A stretch of 64,000 bases of DNA from Dehalococcoidia bacterium (lineage in GTDB: Bacteria; Chloroflexota; Dehalococcoidia; UBA2979), in assembly GCA_965200555.1 (NCBI GenBank), contig OZ241365.1:1768442-1832441 (forward strand). The letters are read 5' to 3'. Made by a program: the position numbers and the translations under genes. The notes beneath the pieces were generated by a model. The model had not been told where the DNA came from, did not search any database, and saw nothing but the letters and a program-made list of their open reading frames with translations. The number at the start of each line of letters is the position of its first letter. Position 1 is the first letter of the stretch. This document shows positions 61,223-64,000 of the stretch, piece by piece.

Positions 61223-63472
61223 ATGCCCGCCGCCGACGCCACGCTGGCGCGCCTCGCGCTCACGCGCGCCGAGTACGACCGCCTCGTCGCGATGCTCGGG
61301 CGCGAGCCGAACGGCCTCGAGCTCGGCATGGCGGCGGCGCTGTGGTCCGAGCACTGCGGCTACAAGCACACGCGCGCGCTGTTCCGCCACTTCCCGGCGG
61401 ACGGCCCGCGCGTGCTGACCGGGGCCGGCGCCGAGAACGCGGGCGCCGTGGACCTCGGCGGCGGCTGGTGCGCCGTCTTCAAGATGGAGTCGCACAACCA
61501 CCCCTCGGCGATCGAGCCCTACGAGGGCGCCGCGACCGGCGTCGGCGGCATCCTGCGCGACGTCTTCGCGATGGGCATGAGGCCCGTCGCGCTGCTCGAC
61601 TCGCTGCGCTTCGGCCCCCTCGACGACGCGCGCAACCGCCGCCTCTTCCGCGGCGTCGTGGCCGGCGTCGGCGGCTACGGCAACTGCGTCGGCGTCCCCA
61701 CCGTCGGCGGCGAGACGCACTTCGACCCCTCCTACTCCGGCAACCCGCTCGTCAACGCGATGTGCGTCGGCGCCGGCCGCGCCGAGCACCTGCTCTCGGC
61801 CTCGGCGCGGGGACCCGGCAACCCGCTCGTGCTCGTCGGCGCCGACACCGGCCGCGACGGCATCCATGGCGCCACCTTCGCCTCGGCCGAACTGGACGGC
61901 GCCTCGGAGGAGCGCCGCCCCGCCGTGCAGGTCGGCAACCCGTTCCTGGAGAAGCTGCTGCTGGAGGCCTGCGTCGAGCTGGCCGAGCGCCACGGCGACT
62001 GGATCGAGGGCCTGCAGGACCTCGGCGCGGCGGGGCTGACCTCGAGCTGCGTCGAGGCGGCGGCGCGCGCGGGCACGGGCGTCGCGATCGACGTGGCGAG
62101 GGTCCCGCGGCGCGAGGCGGGCATGACGCCGGACGAGGTGATGCTGTCGGAGTCGCAGGAGCGGATGCTCGTGATCCCGAAGCGCGAGCGCCTCGCCGAC
62201 GTGCTGGCGCTGTTCCGCCGCTGGGAGCTGCGCGCCGACGCGATCGGCGAGGTCACGGACGACGGCCACGTCACCGTGCGCGACGGCGACGCCCTCGCCG
62301 CGCGCGTCCCGATCGCCGTGCTCGCCGATCCGCCGCGCTACGAGCTGCGCGGCGAGCCGCCGCCCGGCCACGCGGCGCGGCTCGGCGTGGACCTCGGCGC
62401 GCTGCCGGACACGGCGGACCCGGCTGCCGACCTGCTGGCGCTGCTCGGCTCGCCGAACCTCGCGAGCCGGCGCTGGATCTGGCGGCAGTACGACCACGAG
62501 GTGCTGACCGGCACCGTGATCGGCCCCGGCGGCGACGCGGCGCTGATCTGGCTGAAGGAAGCCGGCTGCGCGATCGCCCTCGCGACCGACGGCGACGGGC
62601 GGCTGGTCGGCCTCGATCCGCGCGTCGGCGCGGCCTGCGCCGTCGCCGAGGCGGCGCGCAACGTCGTCGCCGTCGGCGCGGAGCCGGTCGCGGTCACGGA
62701 CTGCCTCAACTTCGGCAACCCGGAGCGGCCGGAGGTGGCGTGGCAACTCGAACAGGCGGTGATCGGGCTGTCCGAGGCCTGCCGAGCCCTCGGCGCGCCC
62801 GTGGTGTCGGGCAACGCCTCGCTCTACAACGAGACGCCGGAGGGCGCGGTGCTGCCGACGCCGGCGATCGGGATGCTGGGCCTGCTCGACGACGTGGAGC
62901 GGCGCCTCGGCATGGCCTTCGCGGCCGGCCACGAGGCGCTGCTGCTGGGCGCGCCGGCGGCGCAGCCCGCCGCCGCGCTGGCCGGCTCCGAGCACCTCGC
63001 GCTGCGCCACGGCCTCGCCGCCGGCCGGCCGGCGCTGGACCTCGATCTCGAGGCGCGGGTGCAGCGGCTGGTGCTCGACGCCAACGCGCGGGGGCTGCTC
63101 GCCGCGGCGCACGACTGCTCCGGCGGCGGCCTCGCGGTCGCGCTCGCCGAGTGCTGCCTCGCGGGCGGGGTCGGCCTCGACGCGGGCGGCGCGGACCTCG
63201 GCGGGCGGCTCGACGCGGCGCTGTTCGGCGAGGCGCAGTCGCGCTTCGTCGTGGCCGCGCCGGACGCGGCGGCGCGCGCGGCCCTCGAGGCGCTCGCGGC
63301 GGATCGCGGCGTGCCCGCCGCGGCGCTCGGCGCGGCGGGCGGCGATCGCTTCCGGCTGGGGCCGATCGATCTGCCCCTCGGCGCGCTGCGCGAGGCCTGC
63401 GAGGGCGGCCTGCCGCGCGCGCTGGGGGAGCCGGCCGCCGCCGAACCCGATTCGGCGGCGGCGCTATACTGA
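61223..63472 (+). CDS. purL: Phosphoribosylformylglycinamidine synthase subunit PurL
   Basis: EHCGYKHT..., [23 protein letters not shown]..., and duplicated AIRS-like domains are present. Full-length similarity to PurL throughout. Confidence 0.95.
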   Translation: MPAADATLARLALTRAEYDRLVAMLGREPNGLELGMAAALWSEHCGYKHTRALFRHFPADGPRVLTGAGAENAGAVDLGGGWCAVFKMESHNHPSAIEPYEGAATGVGGILRDVFAMGMRPVALLDSLRFGPLDDARNRRLFRGVVAGVGGYGNCVGVPTVGGETHFDPSYSGNPLVNAMCVGAGRAEHLLSASARGPGNPLVLVGADTGRDGIHGATFASAELDGASEERRPAVQVGNPFLEKLLLEACVELAERHGDWIEGLQDLGAAGLTSSCVEAAARAGTGVAIDVARVPRREAGMTPDEVMLSESQERMLVIPKRERLADVLALFRRWELRADAIGEVTDDGHVTVRDGDALAARVPIAVLADPPRYELRGEPPPGHAARLGVDLGALPDTADPAADLLALLGSPNLASRRWIWRQYDHEVLTGTVIGPGGDAALIWLKEAGCAIALATDGDGRLVGLDPRVGAACAVAEAARNVVAVGAEPVAVTDCLNFGNPERPEVAWQLEQAVIGLSEACRALGAPVVSGNASLYNETPEGAVLPTPAIGMLGLLDDVERRLGMAFAAGHEALLLGAPAAQPAAALAGSEHLALRHGLAAGRPALDLDLEARVQRLVLDANARGLLAAAHDCSGGGLAVALAECCLAGGVGLDAGGADLGGRLDAALFGEAQSRFVVAAPDAAARAALEALAADRGVPAAALGAAGGDRFRLGPIDLPLGALREACEGGLPRALGEPAAAEPDSAAALY

Positions 63473-63492
63473 GCGCGCACCGAGGGGCCCGC

Positions 63493-64000
63493 ATGGCGAC
63501 GACGGCGCAGCCGTGGAGTGGTGGCGCGCGGGCGCGCGCGGGCGCATTCACGAGGTCCCTGCCGTTCGAGATCGGCATCGTCGCGCTGATCCTGTGCAGC
63601 GGCGTGCTGGTGGGGCTGGAGACCGTCGCCTCGCTGGACGCGCGCTACGGCGCGTGGTTCGACCTCGGCCAGCGGGCGATCCTCGGCGTGTTCGTCGCCG
63701 AGGCGGCGCTCAAGATGTTCGCCCTCGCGCCGCGCGCCGACCGCTACTTCCGCGACCCGTGGAACGTCTTCGACTTCGCGATCATCGTGCTCTCGCTGAT
63801 CCCGGCGGTCGGCGTGTGGGCGATCGTGGCGCGCAAGGCGCGGCTGCTGCGCGTGCTGCGGCTGGTGTCGGTGATCCCCGAACTGCGGCTGCTGGTGGCG
63901 ACGCTCGTGCGCTCGATCCCCGGGATGCTGCACATCGTCGTGCTGCTGGGGGCGCTGTCCTACATCTACGCGATCATCGGCTACCAGCTGTTCAGCGAGC
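63493..64000 (+). CDS. Voltage-gated-type ion channel (Ion_trans family), 3' partial
   Basis: ATG at 63493. Helices S1-S3 and an S4-like segment with spaced Arg (KARLLRVLRLVSVIPELRLL), then S5. The ORF runs off the window end. Confidence 0.6.
   Translation, partial: MATTAQPWSGGARARAGAFTRSLPFEIGIVALILCSGVLVGLETVASLDARYGAWFDLGQRAILGVFVAEAALKMFALAPRADRYFRDPWNVFDFAIIVLSLIPAVGVWAIVARKARLLRVLRLVSVIPELRLLVATLVRSIPGMLHIVVLLGALSYIYAIIGYQLFSE

Noticed and set aside
1-64000. Searched by eye for rRNA, tRNA (conserved GTTCGA-type T-loops and cloverleaf-sized AT-richer islands), integrase/transposase genes and phage structural genes.
   Set aside because: None found. The lower-GC islands all correspond to protein-coding accessory genes (R-M module, PIN partner, PD40 repeats, lipoprotein C-termini).

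Overview
High-GC (about 73-75%) bacterial chromosomal segment with densely packed, often GTGA/ATGA-overlapping genes. Folate and purine biosynthesis, the ilvBNC-leuA operon and a split-cytochrome-b bc-type complex suggest an Actinobacteria/Chloroflexi-like organism. Many alternate-frame ORFs in the supplied track are GC artefacts with Arg/Ala/Gly/Pro-rich translations and were not called.

The core genes I can support: folP (5' partial) and folK, Trm112-like, VanW, purF-purM-purH, a GT2 glycosyltransferase, cyt b6 / subunit IV / Rieske / cytochrome c-cupredoxin fusion, nadE, an SDR, a second divergent DHPS, an LLM oxidoreductase, a Lon-N domain protein, nitronate monooxygenase, leuA-ilvC-ilvN-ilvB with a candidate leader peptide, ilvE, a geranylgeranyl-reductase-like protein, an MBL hydrolase, uppP, rpsU-yqeY-pgpH-like, purQ, two DUF4389 proteins, purL and a partial voltage-gated-type channel.

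The accessory content is the more interesting part:
1. A tandem array of modular lipoproteins at 4.1-8.5 kb. It carries RCC1 or LRR heads, a near-identical central module and diverged lower-GC C-terminal domains. All units end with a repeated 'AIAIARSLLP' tail sequence that also appears as an orphan remnant. One copy is frameshifted.
2. A second LRR family (LRR-A at 25.3 kb on the minus strand, LRR-B at 53.6 kb on the plus strand) forming inverted copies of about 1.1 kb that are more than 90% identical. LRR-B is flanked by 44-bp direct repeats and has an ATG-to-ATC change at its ancestral start.
3. An uncharacterised ~55-aa module ('RIEARRLxDGRVEFAL...RILP..RYFP...W..SSPV'), tandem-duplicated and shared by both LRR genes and a PD40 beta-propeller protein.
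4. A low-GC Dcm-Vsr-EcoRII-like restriction-modification island.
5. A solitary 977-aa gamma-class N6-adenine methyltransferase (Type IIG-like).
6. A PIN toxin translationally coupled to an unusual 312-aa upstream partner in a low-GC patch.
7. A DUF4258/DUF2283 pair.

No rRNA, tRNA or CRISPR array was seen.
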